Notes: a model not told the origin generated them from the sequence alone. Positions 53,743 through 63,930 are shown, counted from the stretch's first letter. The stretch: 64,000 nt of DNA from an uncultured Clostridia bacterium (GCA_934777505.1 CAKVNM010000001.1:294419-358418); one strand, 5' to 3'. Numbers and translations are program-made.

Positions 53743-54693
53743 TTATTCGCTCACACCTTGCACAGTGCAATTTTCTGGTTCATCTGGAATATAAATTGGA
53801 ATGTTTAACTTGCGAGTAAGATAGTTTTCAAGTCCTGTCATGTTAGCAAGTCCACCAATAATGTAAATTCCGTTTTTTGTGATGTCATTAATGATATCAG
53901 CACTGCAATTATAAAGCAAATGCTCCATTGCTTGTTTGATTCTTTCAAAAAATTCAATCATGGCTTCCCTAACTTCGATAGCCGAAATAATTTCCGTTAC
54001 TGGCTTTTTTGTGTCAAGGTCAACGCCTGTAATTTCAATATTTGTGGTGTCTTGCGTATACAAACTTCCGCAATCGTTCTTGATTTTTTCTGCAACAAGC
54101 GGACTAAATTCCACATTCTTGATTGCCTTAAAGTAGTCGATTATGGCGTTATCAATTTCTTTTCCTCCAAAGTCAACACTAAATCCTTGGGTAGTTTTAT
54201 CAAGACTAATCACAGCAAAATTTGATGTTCCGCCACCAAGGTTAATACAGCCAACTGCACTTGATTTTGCGATGTTAACATTCGCACCTTTTAGTCCTGC
54301 AAGGCAAACATTTTCAAACCTAACAATCGTTATGTTGTTTGCGTATGCAACATTTTTAAAAGCTAAAAGTTCGTTGTCGCTTAGCCCGATACTCACGCAA
54401 AATGTAACTTCTGCACTGCCACGATTTTCGCACACTTTGTTTAAAAATCCGTGAAGCATTAATCCAGCCATTCTCTCATCAGTAACAACGCCGTGGCTGA
54501 TTGGTTCAACAATCAAAAAACTATCATCAATTTTGCCTTGCATTTTTTTTGCGACAAACCCGACTTCATACTCTTTGCTATTATACTTGTTGATTGCCAC
54601 AATACTAGGTTCTCTAAGGACGATACCATAACCCATTTTGTATATGACAGTGTTGCTACTGCCCATTTCTATTACAAATTTTTCTTTTGCCAT
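53743..54693 (-). CDS. MreB-family actin-like protein (divergent)
   Basis: GIVLREPSIVA, LGGGTSNFAVIS and a C-terminal IIGGLA, collinear with MreB. Several nucleotide-site residues are substituted. Confidence 0.65.
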   Translation of the reverse strand: MAKEKFVIEMGSSNTVIYKMGYGIVLREPSIVAINKYNSKEYEVGFVAKKMQGKIDDSFLIVEPISHGVVTDERMAGLMLHGFLNKVCENRGSAEVTFCVSIGLSDNELLAFKNVAYANNITIVRFENVCLAGLKGANVNIAKSSAVGCINLGGGTSNFAVISLDKTTQGFSVDFGGKEIDNAIIDYFKAIKNVEFSPLVAEKIKNDCGSLYTQDTTNIEITGVDLDTKKPVTEIISAIEVREAMIEFFERIKQAMEHLLYNCSADIINDITKNGIYIIGGLANMTGLENYLTRKLNIPIYIPDEPENCTVQGVSE

Positions 54694-54768
54694 ACAATTA
54701 TTATATCAAATTATTGATTTTTTACAAACAATCTTTAACAAAAAAAGCCCTTTTTAATGGGGCTTTTT

Positions 54769-56283
54769 CTATAATATTTCGAGTCTTTTTTTGAACGCTC
54801 TAACAAAGTCAACTTCGCATTTTAATGCTTCTCTAATTTCCATTTCAACAGGATTGTCGACAACTGTTTTCAAAATAACGCTGTCGCCCAAAATATCGCA
54901 ACTAATGTCTTGTATTCTGTTTTTGTTGAAAATATCAAGAGCGTTTGCCATTCTAATGATAATGCCAAGTTTTTTAACCGCATCAACATCTTCTTCGGTC
55001 AAAATTTCTCTGTACTTAACAAAGTCTGCCATGCTAAAATCTTCGGTTTTTTGGCAAGCAACTGCAAAGGCAGCCAAAATTTGTTCTTTATGAGTAACGC
55101 CATATAGGTCGGATTTCAAAACAATATCAAATCCGTTCTTTTGATAGTTTGTGGCACAAATTCTCTTTCCGCAATCGTGCAATGTAGAAGCCACTCTAAG
55201 AACTTTTACAAATGTTCTTGGAAGTTTGTGTAAAACTTTGAGTTGCTTATACAAAAGCATTGCAAGAGTGTAAACGGTGCTTGTGTTTGCACTGTAATTG
55301 TTATATGCTTCGGTATTCTTTGCAAGGCTGTAACCCAAAATATCTGTGATTGGTTTTTCCAAAGTTATTGGACTTGCAATGTTGAACATAATTCCGTGAG
55401 ATAGACCATTTTCGCTAATCACGATTGTTTGGCAATTTGTCTTGTCGATGATTGCCTTGATGATACATAGTCCACTAGCCAAAACATCTGCTCTATCACT
55501 GCTGATGCCTTTGATTTTTCTGGTTTTGTCGATATCAAGAACTTTTATAAAATCGTAAACATCTTCAACATCTTGTTTTGTCATAACATAGTTATGCTCT
55601 TTTTCGTAAGGGTATTTTTTCAACTTTCTTGATAGTTTTCCAAGACTTGAAAAGATTGAGCCAACACCAACAATTTGAGTTTCTTGTTCCATGTCGCCAA
55701 GCCAAGACAAGTCGTCAAGTTCTTTTGTGAACTTTTTGGTCATCTTTTCGCAATAAGCCTGTGGAGCAAGTTTTGCATCGTGACACGCTTCTGCAAGGTT
55801 ACATGAACCAAAATCAAAAGTTTCTTGATTGAGCAAACTTCTGCGGTTGTAATTCAAAATTTGGCTCTTGTTTCCGTCAATAGAAATAATGAGTCCCTTT
55901 GACACATCAAGCGAGTTGATTACTGCTGTGTAACTATAATAAATTTGCTCGTCTTTTTCAAGTATTCTAAACTTAAAACCACTTTGGCTATAAAGTTCAT
56001 CAATAAAACTGTTGTGATTTTTTGCGTCAAGATATTCAAACGATGCAACACATTCAACTTGTTGCACATCTTGCGATTGACAATATGCCTTGTAGTTTTT
56101 TAGTATTACGATTAACTCTTGCGTTCTTGATGGCTTGATTAACCAATCTTCATACAAATCAGATGCAATTCTAATAGCGTCTGTTGACTGCGAAATTACT
56201 TCAAAAGTTTCGTTGTCGAGCGCTTTTGCAACTGTTAATTTTACTTGTAGTGTTCCTAATTCGATAACTGCTATTTTTTTCAA
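54769..56283 (-). CDS. Ppx/GppA-family phosphatase with C-terminal HD domain
   Basis: N-terminal IAVIELGTLQVKL (ASKHA fold) and an HD segment (ASTLHDCGK). TTG start follows AGAGGA. Confidence 0.7.
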   Translation of the reverse strand: MKKIAVIELGTLQVKLTVAKALDNETFEVISQSTDAIRIASDLYEDWLIKPSRTQELIVILKNYKAYCQSQDVQQVECVASFEYLDAKNHNSFIDELYSQSGFKFRILEKDEQIYYSYTAVINSLDVSKGLIISIDGNKSQILNYNRRSLLNQETFDFGSCNLAEACHDAKLAPQAYCEKMTKKFTKELDDLSWLGDMEQETQIVGVGSIFSSLGKLSRKLKKYPYEKEHNYVMTKQDVEDVYDFIKVLDIDKTRKIKGISSDRADVLASGLCIIKAIIDKTNCQTIVISENGLSHGIMFNIASPITLEKPITDILGYSLAKNTEAYNNYSANTSTVYTLAMLLYKQLKVLHKLPRTFVKVLRVASTLHDCGKRICATNYQKNGFDIVLKSDLYGVTHKEQILAAFAVACQKTEDFSMADFVKYREILTEEDVDAVKKLGIIIRMANALDIFNKNRIQDISCDILGDSVILKTVVDNPVEMEIREALKCEVDFVRAFKKRLEIL

Positions 56284-56373
56284 AATTTTATCCTCTTTTC
56301 TTCAAATTTGTTTCGGCTTGATTATAACATAAAAATCAGGTATTATACAATACCTTTTTTTAAAATTTTGTTA

Positions 56374-56559
56374 TTATTTAGAATTTTCTTCAACAATTTT
56401 TTCGATTGCTTGCACATTTTCTTCGTCTATCATTGGACAAATGTCTTGTGGGGCTTTTTTTGCTAAAATTGCTTTTGCACAACATTCACAGTCGTCATAT
56501 CCGCAACCGCCACAGTTGTAGCCACCAAGCAAGTTTTTTACTTTTTCTACTGCTTCCAT
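56374..56559 (-). CDS. small Fe-S cluster domain protein (RnfB N-terminal-like)
   Basis: GGYNCGGCGYDDCECCAKAI...CP pattern. AGGAG RBS. Confidence 0.6.
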   Translation of the reverse strand: MEAVEKVKNLLGGYNCGGCGYDDCECCAKAILAKKAPQDICPMIDEENVQAIEKIVEENSK

Positions 56560-56648
56560 ATTTACTCCTAATAATTTTATACAATTATTAATAGCAAACT
56601 TTTTGAAAAATGTAAAACAAAATCAAGCCCCAAGCGTTAAATCATATT

Positions 56649-57032
56649 TTATTTTTTATCTTTTTGTGGCTTGAAAATGAAAATTGAAACAAATTGGAAC
56701 ACGCCAAGCAAAATTAAAAATATTGCAAAGTAGATTTTTAAATCTTTTGGCTCGACAATATTTGCAAGCAATGCACCGCCAACAGCACTAATCACTCCCG
56801 TTATGATAATCCAAAAACTGTTTTTTGCTTCCACCATTTTGTTTTTAAAATGTATGATTAACGCAACCACGCTCATTGGCAAAAATGCCAGCAAATTTAT
56901 ACCCTGAGCCACATTTTGTTCAATGCCCAAAAAGATATTGAGAAGTGGTATCAATAAAGTGCCACCACCCATACCCATTCCGCCGAGTACGCCACCCACA
57001 ACGCCAATCAAAATCAGCCATAAAATGTCCAT
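56649..57032 (-). CDS. TauE/SafE-family half-size membrane protein (C-terminal-half equivalent)
   Basis: 4 TM helices and GGxLGGMGMGGGTLLIPLL. AAGGAG RBS. Confidence 0.65.
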   Translation of the reverse strand: MDILWLILIGVVGGVLGGMGMGGGTLLIPLLNIFLGIEQNVAQGINLLAFLPMSVVALIIHFKNKMVEAKNSFWIIITGVISAVGGALLANIVEPKDLKIYFAIFLILLGVFQFVSIFIFKPQKDKK

Positions 57033-57058
57033 ATTTTACTCCTTAATGATATCAAATC

Positions 57059-57430
57059 TCAAAAAAATAATTTTATGCCCGCACCAATCATGATGAGTGA
57101 AAAAATTATTCTTAAAACCTTGTTGTTGAGTTTTTTGAGTAGCAACGCTCCAACAACTCCACCAACCACAAATCCAATGCTAGAATAAAGCAGTTGTAGC
57201 CAGTCAATACTGCCCTTTATAATATACACAATACTACTAACAATGCACAGCGGAAGGATAACAAATATTGCGGTTGCGTGTGCCTTTTTTTCGGGCATTT
57301 TAAGCAAGAAAACTAATAGTGGCACAACAATCATTCCGCCTCCACCACCAAAAAAGCCATTTAAAAATCCCACAATCAGCCCGCCGATTAGCCCCGTCCA
57401 CACAATTCTTGACTTTGATAAATTTTCCAT
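57059..57430 (-). CDS. TauE/SafE-family half-size membrane protein (N-terminal-half equivalent)
   Basis: 4 TM helices and GFFGGGGGMIVVPLLVF. Confidence 0.65.
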   Translation of the reverse strand: MENLSKSRIVWTGLIGGLIVGFLNGFFGGGGGMIVVPLLVFLLKMPEKKAHATAIFVILPLCIVSSIVYIIKGSIDWLQLLYSSIGFVVGGVVGALLLKKLNNKVLRIIFSLIMIGAGIKLFF

Positions 57431-57562
57431 AAAATTAGGATTGGTAATTTTTTAAAAAATATTAATCCTAAAATAATTTTTAAAAATGCGTTTAAGCGTT
57501 TGCTAATTATGATAATATTGTATATAATTAAGTGTTTATATAAATTATTAGAAAGGTGGAAT

Positions 57563-60500
57563 ATGACAACAAAAAACATGAATGTAAAAACAAAAATTTT
57601 ATCTATCTTTTTGGCAATTATTCTATTGCTATCAAACTGCGTTTTTTTGCAATTTATATTTAGCAAAAAGGTTTTTGCAGACCAAGACCTAACCGAAGTT
57701 AGCATCACAAATGCTAGTTTTAATGACGATATCGTTAGCGGTAGCGTGGTTTCTCCTACTGGCTGGTCAAAGGTTAACGAAAGCAGAAATGTAACAAATG
57801 GTATCATTTCTCTAAACCAAGAAATCTTTGAAAAACAAATGGCCGACAGTTACAAACTTTCGTTCAAACCATACTCATATCAATCAATGAGTGACGAACA
57901 AATTTTGATGCTAAACGCTAAAAACGAAAAACAAAACATGGGTTATCAAAGCGAAGTTATCACACTCAACAAAAACTCATACTACAAAATTTCGTTCAAG
58001 GCTTTAACCGAAAACAACGGCGCAAATGTTATTGCAAGTGCAAACCTAACAAACGCAGACGCTTTAACAAGCACTCCAATCTCTATCGTTACAAGCGGTA
58101 ACTGGAAAGAATATTCCATGCTAGTTGAAACAAGCAAGATTGCAAACCTTGACACTAATCTTCAACTATGGCTTGGATTTAACAACGGCGTTGGAAGTTA
58201 CGGTGCAGTGTTCTTTGACGATGTTAAGGCTTACGAACTTAGCGAAAACGCATATAACACAATGTTAAATGCTAACCGCACAAACAGTGCCTACGCTTTC
58301 TACAACCTTAACCAATCACTCTACACTCAGTTCGACAACAACGGATTTGAAAATTCTCTTCTAACTGGTTGGGAAACATTGCAAAACGAAAGTGACATCG
58401 CCAACGAAAACAACTATGCTGGAATTGTTAACTTCAACTCCAACGACTACAAAAACATCTACAAACTCAGCGAAAAGCCAACAGATGCAAACATCTACAA
58501 CAACAATCAAGCACTACTTATCAACAACAACCAAGCAAGTGCTATTGGCTTTAAGTCTACTTCAACAATCACAATCAAACAACACCACTTCTACAAAATC
58601 AGTATCCTTGCAAAAACTAATATTTCAACAGGCACAGCAAGTGCAATCCTAACAGAAAACAACCCATATAGCGGAATTTATGACGACTTTGCAGTTAAGA
58701 CTTTCACAAGAGAAATCAACACAACTTCGTCAACAAACGCAAAAACAAACGACTGGATCGAATATAGTTTCTACATTCAAGGCAGAAGTTTTGAAGACAC
58801 AACCGTAAACCTTGAACTATGGCTTGGTAAGGACGAAAAAGCAGTCGGCTATGCTATGTTCGATAACATTTTGGTTTATGAAATCAACTACAACGACTAC
58901 ACAACAGGCATTAGTCAATCCAATGCAACAGATGCAAACTTTGCTTCAAAAACAGATTTGACAATCGCAAACGGAAAGTTCAACCTTGTTGAATCTGCTC
59001 CTAGTGACTCCTACCCTTACACTCCACAAGAATGGACAAACAAATCAACCGAAGCAAATCCAACTCAAAGCGGTGTTATCAACACACTCGACACTTCAAT
59101 GCTTCCAAACATCACAAATCCAACATCTGGAAACATTTATTCAAACAACAATAACATTTTGATGATTGGAAACCTTGGCTCTAACGCTCAAACCTACACA
59201 ACAAAAAATACTTTCACTCTAAAAGCAAATTCTTACTACAAACTTTCATTCAAAGTTCAAACACAAAACCTTGGAAATGGTGCAACTGCTGGATTTAAAC
59301 TATACAGCGACACTTTGACTCTTAAAGAAATGATGTATATTGAATCCAACGACACTTGGACAACCTACAAACTTCTTATTAAAACAGGTCAAAACGACTA
59401 CACTTGCAACATTGAACTCAGCCTTGGTTCAAAACACAACGGAACAGGCTACGCTTTCTTTGACGATGTTATTCTAACCGACTCAACCGAAGCAAACTAC
59501 AATCAAACCCTATCAAGTAACTCACTTAGAGTTAACCTTGCTAGTGACGACTTTACAAACACAAGCGACAAGAGAGTTGACGGACTATATGAAAGCAACT
59601 CACTCACAAGCAACAACGCTTCTGCAACATTTGGTGCAGTATCTGGAATTGTTGATGTAACAAAAACAGACGCAATGATAGGTTCATTAACAGGCGTTCA
59701 AAATCCACTACTCCCACAAGGCGTTAGCGGTAATGTTGCTGTTATCAAATCGGGCGAAGACGCAAACTACACTCTAACCACAAAAGAAAGTTTCAAACTT
59801 TCAACAGACGAATCAAAAAAATACTACAAGATTAGCGTTTGGGTTTTAACTCAAAACCTATCTCAACAAGATTCAAACAAAAACAAGATTGAAGGCACAG
59901 ACGACTACTATCCATATGGTGCAACAATCATGCTAACAAGCATCAACAAAACATTCAGCGGAATCAACACAAACGGCGAATGGAAAGAATATATTTACTA
60001 CATCAACACCACAGACGAAGCAACGATTCAAATTGTTCTTGGACTTGGCTCATCAAATGCACTAACTGCTGGCGTTGTGTTCTTCTCCAACTTGCAAGTT
60101 GAAACAATCACTCAAACTGCATACTACGAAGGTGTTGCTCCACTAGAAGATGACGACACAATCACAAACATTATGGCAGTTGGTTCAACAAAGATTGAAA
60201 ACCCAGACAATACCGACACAGACAATTCTGGTTCAAACTTCAACTGGCTTGTTATTCCTACCCTAATCACAAGTATTGCATTACTCATTGCCATCATTGG
60301 CATTGCAATTAGAAACTTTGCTAGAAAACACCCACGCAAAGCAAAACTTGGCAAACTTGCTTATAACAGAGAAATCACTCTTGCAAAAGACTTTGACAAA
60401 CTTGAAGAATACAAGAGAAATCAACAACTTATCAAGGAACTCGAAGCACAACTTGTACAAGTTAAACTTGATATTGAACAAGCAAAACAAGAATACAAAC

Positions 60501-60793
60501 AAGACGAAAAAGCACACAAAGAGCAACTTGAAAAAGAAATCAACGCTCAACGAAGCACTAAGTCAAGAAGCGAAATCAAGGCTTATGCTACCGAAAAGAA
60601 ACTTCAATTCAAACTTGACAGACTTGCAAGATACAAACAGCGTCAAACAGAACTTGAAGCAAAATATCGTGCTATTCAACTTGAAATCGAAGCAATTTAT
60701 CAAGAAGAACTTCGCTTGATTAGACTTTACAAAGAGTACAAAAAACAAGTTAAGGCAAAGAAAAAAGAACTCAAAGCAAAAAATCATAAATAA
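57563..60793 (+). CDS. large surface protein with four CBM4_9-like repeats, a TM anchor and a cytoplasmic coiled-coil tail
   Basis: Signal/TM N-terminus. Four repeat modules each have YK[IL]S..A/V.T.N and L.LWLG....G.A.FD[DN]. TM at NWLVIPTLITSIALLIAIIGIAI, then a K/E/Q-rich tail. ATG at 57563 follows AAAGGTGGA. Confidence 0.7.
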   Translation: MTTKNMNVKTKILSIFLAIILLLSNCVFLQFIFSKKVFADQDLTEVSITNASFNDDIVSGSVVSPTGWSKVNESRNVTNGIISLNQEIFEKQMADSYKLSFKPYSYQSMSDEQILMLNAKNEKQNMGYQSEVITLNKNSYYKISFKALTENNGANVIASANLTNADALTSTPISIVTSGNWKEYSMLVETSKIANLDTNLQLWLGFNNGVGSYGAVFFDDVKAYELSENAYNTMLNANRTNSAYAFYNLNQSLYTQFDNNGFENSLLTGWETLQNESDIANENNYAGIVNFNSNDYKNIYKLSEKPTDANIYNNNQALLINNNQASAIGFKSTSTITIKQHHFYKISILAKTNISTGTASAILTENNPYSGIYDDFAVKTFTREINTTSSTNAKTNDWIEYSFYIQGRSFEDTTVNLELWLGKDEKAVGYAMFDNILVYEINYNDYTTGISQSNATDANFASKTDLTIANGKFNLVESAPSDSYPYTPQEWTNKSTEANPTQSGVINTLDTSMLPNITNPTSGNIYSNNNNILMIGNLGSNAQTYTTKNTFTLKANSYYKLSFKVQTQNLGNGATAGFKLYSDTLTLKEMMYIESNDTWTTYKLLIKTGQNDYTCNIELSLGSKHNGTGYAFFDDVILTDSTEANYNQTLSSNSLRVNLASDDFTNTSDKRVDGLYESNSLTSNNASATFGAVSGIVDVTKTDAMIGSLTGVQNPLLPQGVSGNVAVIKSGEDANYTLTTKESFKLSTDESKKYYKISVWVLTQNLSQQDSNKNKIEGTDDYYPYGATIMLTSINKTFSGINTNGEWKEYIYYINTTDEATIQIVLGLGSSNALTAGVVFFSNLQVETITQTAYYEGVAPLEDDDTITNIMAVGSTKIENPDNTDTDNSGSNFNWLVIPTLITSIALLIAIIGIAIRNFARKHPRKAKLGKLAYNREITLAKDFDKLEEYKRNQQLIKELEAQLVQVKLDIEQAKQEYKQDEKAHKEQLEKEINAQRSTKSRSEIKAYATEKKLQFKLDRLARYKQRQTELEAKYRAIQLEIEAIYQEELRLIRLYKEYKKQVKAKKKELKAKNHK

Positions 60794-60807
60794 CTTTAAT
60801 ATCAAAA

Positions 60808-60836
60808 ATAGAGCAAATCACTGCTCTATTTTTTTG
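60808..60836 (+). terminator. intrinsic terminator
   Basis: ATAGAGCA/TGCTCTAT stem followed by a T-run. Confidence 0.7.
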
Positions 60837-61216
60837 TTCTTGTGCCTTTTGTTTTGGTTATTCTTAACTTTTTTGACAACTATGTTTTGATAATTTTTAG
60901 ACTATCCTTTTGTTTGTATTTATGATATCTTTTGACTTTATCAGTTTCAACGAAATAAAAACTATTAATGAATACTTAAACTCATATCACAAAGTTTTAA
61001 ATATTCGTGCAAAAAGTTTTTGTAACAAAAGTAAGCACTTTAACGCTTTAAAACACAACAATTTATATCTTTTTAAAATATGCTAAACAAAGCAGTTAAT
61101 TTTTAAAAATTTAGCACAAAAAGTCATAACGCAAAGACTTGCAAATATACTTTACAAAAAAGCTTTTTATATAAAAAATTCGTTTTTAATGGATTTTTTA
61201 TTAATTTTTAACACTT

Positions 61217-61525
61217 TTATTGTGGAATTAAGATTTTTTGACCAATAAACACAGTGTTTGTGCCATTAAATTTTTGCAAGGTTTTTTCATCAACATTATA
61301 CCTTTTTGCCAAGATATTCAAAGTTTCAAGCGGTTGCACAACATGAATTTTAATATTGGAGCGTGGAAGAAAAATCACATCTCCTTCTTGCAACAACTCG
61401 TCACTAGTATCGTTATATTTCAAAATATAGTCCCTTGTCACATCAAAAATTTCGGCAATATCGTCCAGCGTATCACCCTTTCTAACTCTAAACAAAATCT
61501 TGCTTGACATATTAAGTTTTTTCAT
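61217..61525 (-). CDS. protein with two LysM domains
   Basis: VRKGDTLDDIAEIFDV...ILKYN and HVVQPLETLNILAKRYNVDEKTLQKFN. Confidence 0.75.
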   Translation of the reverse strand: MKKLNMSSKILFRVRKGDTLDDIAEIFDVTRDYILKYNDTSDELLQEGDVIFLPRSNIKIHVVQPLETLNILAKRYNVDEKTLQKFNGTNTVFIGQKILIPQ

Positions 61526-61646
61526 TTTATCACCCAACTAAATATATTCAAGATTTTATAATATTATTAAATAAAGATTAATAAAATATGTTGAAGTACA
61601 CTCTAAGGAGACTTTTACTATCAAAAACATATTCAAAGCAGTTGCC

Positions 61647-63161
61647 GTGATTCTTGGGTTTTCTGCAATTTTAAAAGTTATTGGTTTTGCGCTTAGGATT
61701 ATTCTTTCAAGAGAACTCGGGGCGGAAGTTTTGGGCTACTATCAAGTGGCTCTGTCTTTCTACGGAGTTCTTTGCACAATTATCGGCAGTGGCATACCCG
61801 TAACAATTTCGCACTACTCTGCCAGAAGTTCGGTTAACAAAAATTTCAAAACGGAGTCCAGCGCCGTAACCGCTTCGCTCATTATCGAAGTTGTTGTGTC
61901 GCTAGTGCTATCAATTTTGGTTATTGTTTTAAAAAATGTGATTGCAAGACTCACAAGCGTGATTACTGCAAATATGCTTTTATTTTTGCTCCCTGCGGTG
62001 TTTGCAGGAGCAATATATGCAAGTTTTCGTGGCGCACTTTGGGGTAGAAAAAAACATTTTGACAACTGTATTAGTGAAGTTGGCGAACAAGGATTTAGGC
62101 TAATCTTATTTTTAATCTTTTTCTCGTTCACAACTCCAAGTGCAAAAGCGGGCTACTATGCTGCTCTTTGCAACAGTTTGTCGTGCTTTGTTAGCATGGC
62201 AATATCAATATTTTTCTACTTCAAAAACGGTGGCAAACTTTCAAATCCAAAACCTGAGTTTAAAAAAGTACTCAAAACTTCAAGTGCCATCACGCTCGTT
62301 AGAGTCATCAGCAGTCTTGCTCAGCCACTCATAGCAATTATTCTTCCGCTAAGGCTAGTTTCGGCTGGATTTACGGACGAACAGGCCATGAGTTTGTTTG
62401 GCGTGGCTCTTGGAATGACTATGCCACTACTCATGCTCCCAAACACAATAATCGGCTCTTACGCCACCGCTTTAATCCCCGAACTATCTTCAAGTTTGGA
62501 AGCCAAAAACAAAAAAGAGTTTAACTCTCAAATTGCAACCGCAATCACACTATCCCTACTCATCTGCTTTTGTTTTTTGCCAATATACTTTGGACTTGGC
62601 GAACAAATCGGCTTGCTACTTTTTGGCAATTCCACCAGTGGCTATCTTCTAAAAGTTACTTGCTGGTCAATAATCCCGATTGGACTATGCGGAATAACCC
62701 ACAGCATACTTAATGTTTTGGGCTTGGAAACTCGTGGATTTATTCATCAACTAATCGGCTCAGTTTTGCTTGGGCTTTCCATTTGGTTCTTGCCAAAATA
62801 TGTTGGAATTTCATCACTAGCCTACGGCATGGGTGGTTGTATGCTCATAACCACAATCTTAAACATGATTTTAATTAACAAAAAAACAGATGTTTCTAGC
62901 GAGATTTTTAAGCCTTTTGTGCTAATGACTATCTTTTGCATTCCGTCAAGCCTACTATCAAACTTTTTGTTTGGAGTTTTAAAGTATATTATGACGCCAT
63001 TTTTTGCCGTGTGTTTCAGTGCAGGATTTGGACTTTTAATGTTCTTACTGCTTTCTATTATGTTTGGCGTTATTAATATTTCGGCAATCTTTGTAAAACT
63101 AAAAAATGTAAAAGTTCACAAATTTAAGTCAAAAAAGCATAAAAAAGCGTTAAAAACTTAG
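61647..63161 (+). CDS. MOP-superfamily polysaccharide/lipid II flippase (SpoVB/MurJ-like)
   Basis: About 14 TM segments and N-terminal VIGFALRIILSRELGAEVLGYYQVA. GTG 61647 is the first canonical start, but the frame is open from 61575 (see finding). Confidence 0.65.
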   Translation: MILGFSAILKVIGFALRIILSRELGAEVLGYYQVALSFYGVLCTIIGSGIPVTISHYSARSSVNKNFKTESSAVTASLIIEVVVSLVLSILVIVLKNVIARLTSVITANMLLFLLPAVFAGAIYASFRGALWGRKKHFDNCISEVGEQGFRLILFLIFFSFTTPSAKAGYYAALCNSLSCFVSMAISIFFYFKNGGKLSNPKPEFKKVLKTSSAITLVRVISSLAQPLIAIILPLRLVSAGFTDEQAMSLFGVALGMTMPLLMLPNTIIGSYATALIPELSSSLEAKNKKEFNSQIATAITLSLLICFCFLPIYFGLGEQIGLLLFGNSTSGYLLKVTCWSIIPIGLCGITHSILNVLGLETRGFIHQLIGSVLLGLSIWFLPKYVGISSLAYGMGGCMLITTILNMILINKKTDVSSEIFKPFVLMTIFCIPSSLLSNFLFGVLKYIMTPFFAVCFSAGFGLLMFLLLSIMFGVINISAIFVKLKNVKVHKFKSKKHKKALKT

Positions 63162-63186
63162 TTTTTAGAAAAAAACTAATAATTTT

Positions 63187-63930
63187 TTGAGTTTTTCAAA
63201 AAATACTAATATGTTTACACTTTTAATGCGATGTATAATGATATACCTTGTGGTGTTAGTAATTTTTAGGTTAATGGGCAAAAGGCAACTGGGCGAACTT
63301 CAACCATTTGAGTTTGTAATCACGCTAATAATTGCCGACCTTGCTACTATTCCTATGGCTGAAATCAACATTCCAATCGTGCATGGACTTGTTCCACTTT
63401 TAACCTTGATGCTTCTGCACTTTTCTCTTTCATGGATATCCAGAAAGAGCATTTTTATGCGAAAAGTTATCAACGGCAAACCCGTGCTTGTTATCACGCC
63501 AAACGGCATTAACTACGAAGCACTCAAAGAACTCAACATGAACCTAAACGACCTTAACGAAGCGCTTAGAAACTTAAACTACTTTTCGCTTGACCAAATT
63601 GACTACGCCATTGTTGAAACTAATGGAAAAATGACAGTCCTTCCAAACAGCGACAACGCCCCACTTTGTGCAACCGATTTTAATATAAAAAAAGAGCAAT
63701 CTGCTCTGCCAGTTATGATTATTAATGATGGGAAAATTATGAAAGAAAATCTTAATGTATCCAAAATTGACGAAAAATTCGTACTTGACCAGATTAGAAA
63801 AGTTGGAGCATTCAAGCCAAAAGATGTTATCGTTGCAACAATTGACAACCTTGGAAAAATGTATGTGCAAGTAAAAGACAAGCCCTATGCAATCATTCAA
63901 ACAAAGCACAAAATGGGGGTTATAAAATGA
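63187..63930 (+). CDS. DUF421 (YetF-like) membrane protein
   Basis: VIFRLMGKRQLGELQPFEFV, a second DUF421 family member in the window. ATG 63211 is an alternative start. Confidence 0.65.
   Translation: MSFSKNTNMFTLLMRCIMIYLVVLVIFRLMGKRQLGELQPFEFVITLIIADLATIPMAEINIPIVHGLVPLLTLMLLHFSLSWISRKSIFMRKVINGKPVLVITPNGINYEALKELNMNLNDLNEALRNLNYFSLDQIDYAIVETNGKMTVLPNSDNAPLCATDFNIKKEQSALPVMIINDGKIMKENLNVSKIDEKFVLDQIRKVGAFKPKDVIVATIDNLGKMYVQVKDKPYAIIQTKHKMGVIK

Noticed and set aside
57388-57807. 139-aa minus-strand ORF
   Set aside because: It spans the intergenic promoter region and is antisense to the 5' end of the 1097-aa gene. It is a low-complexity Ile/Phe/Leu-rich translation of AT-rich DNA.
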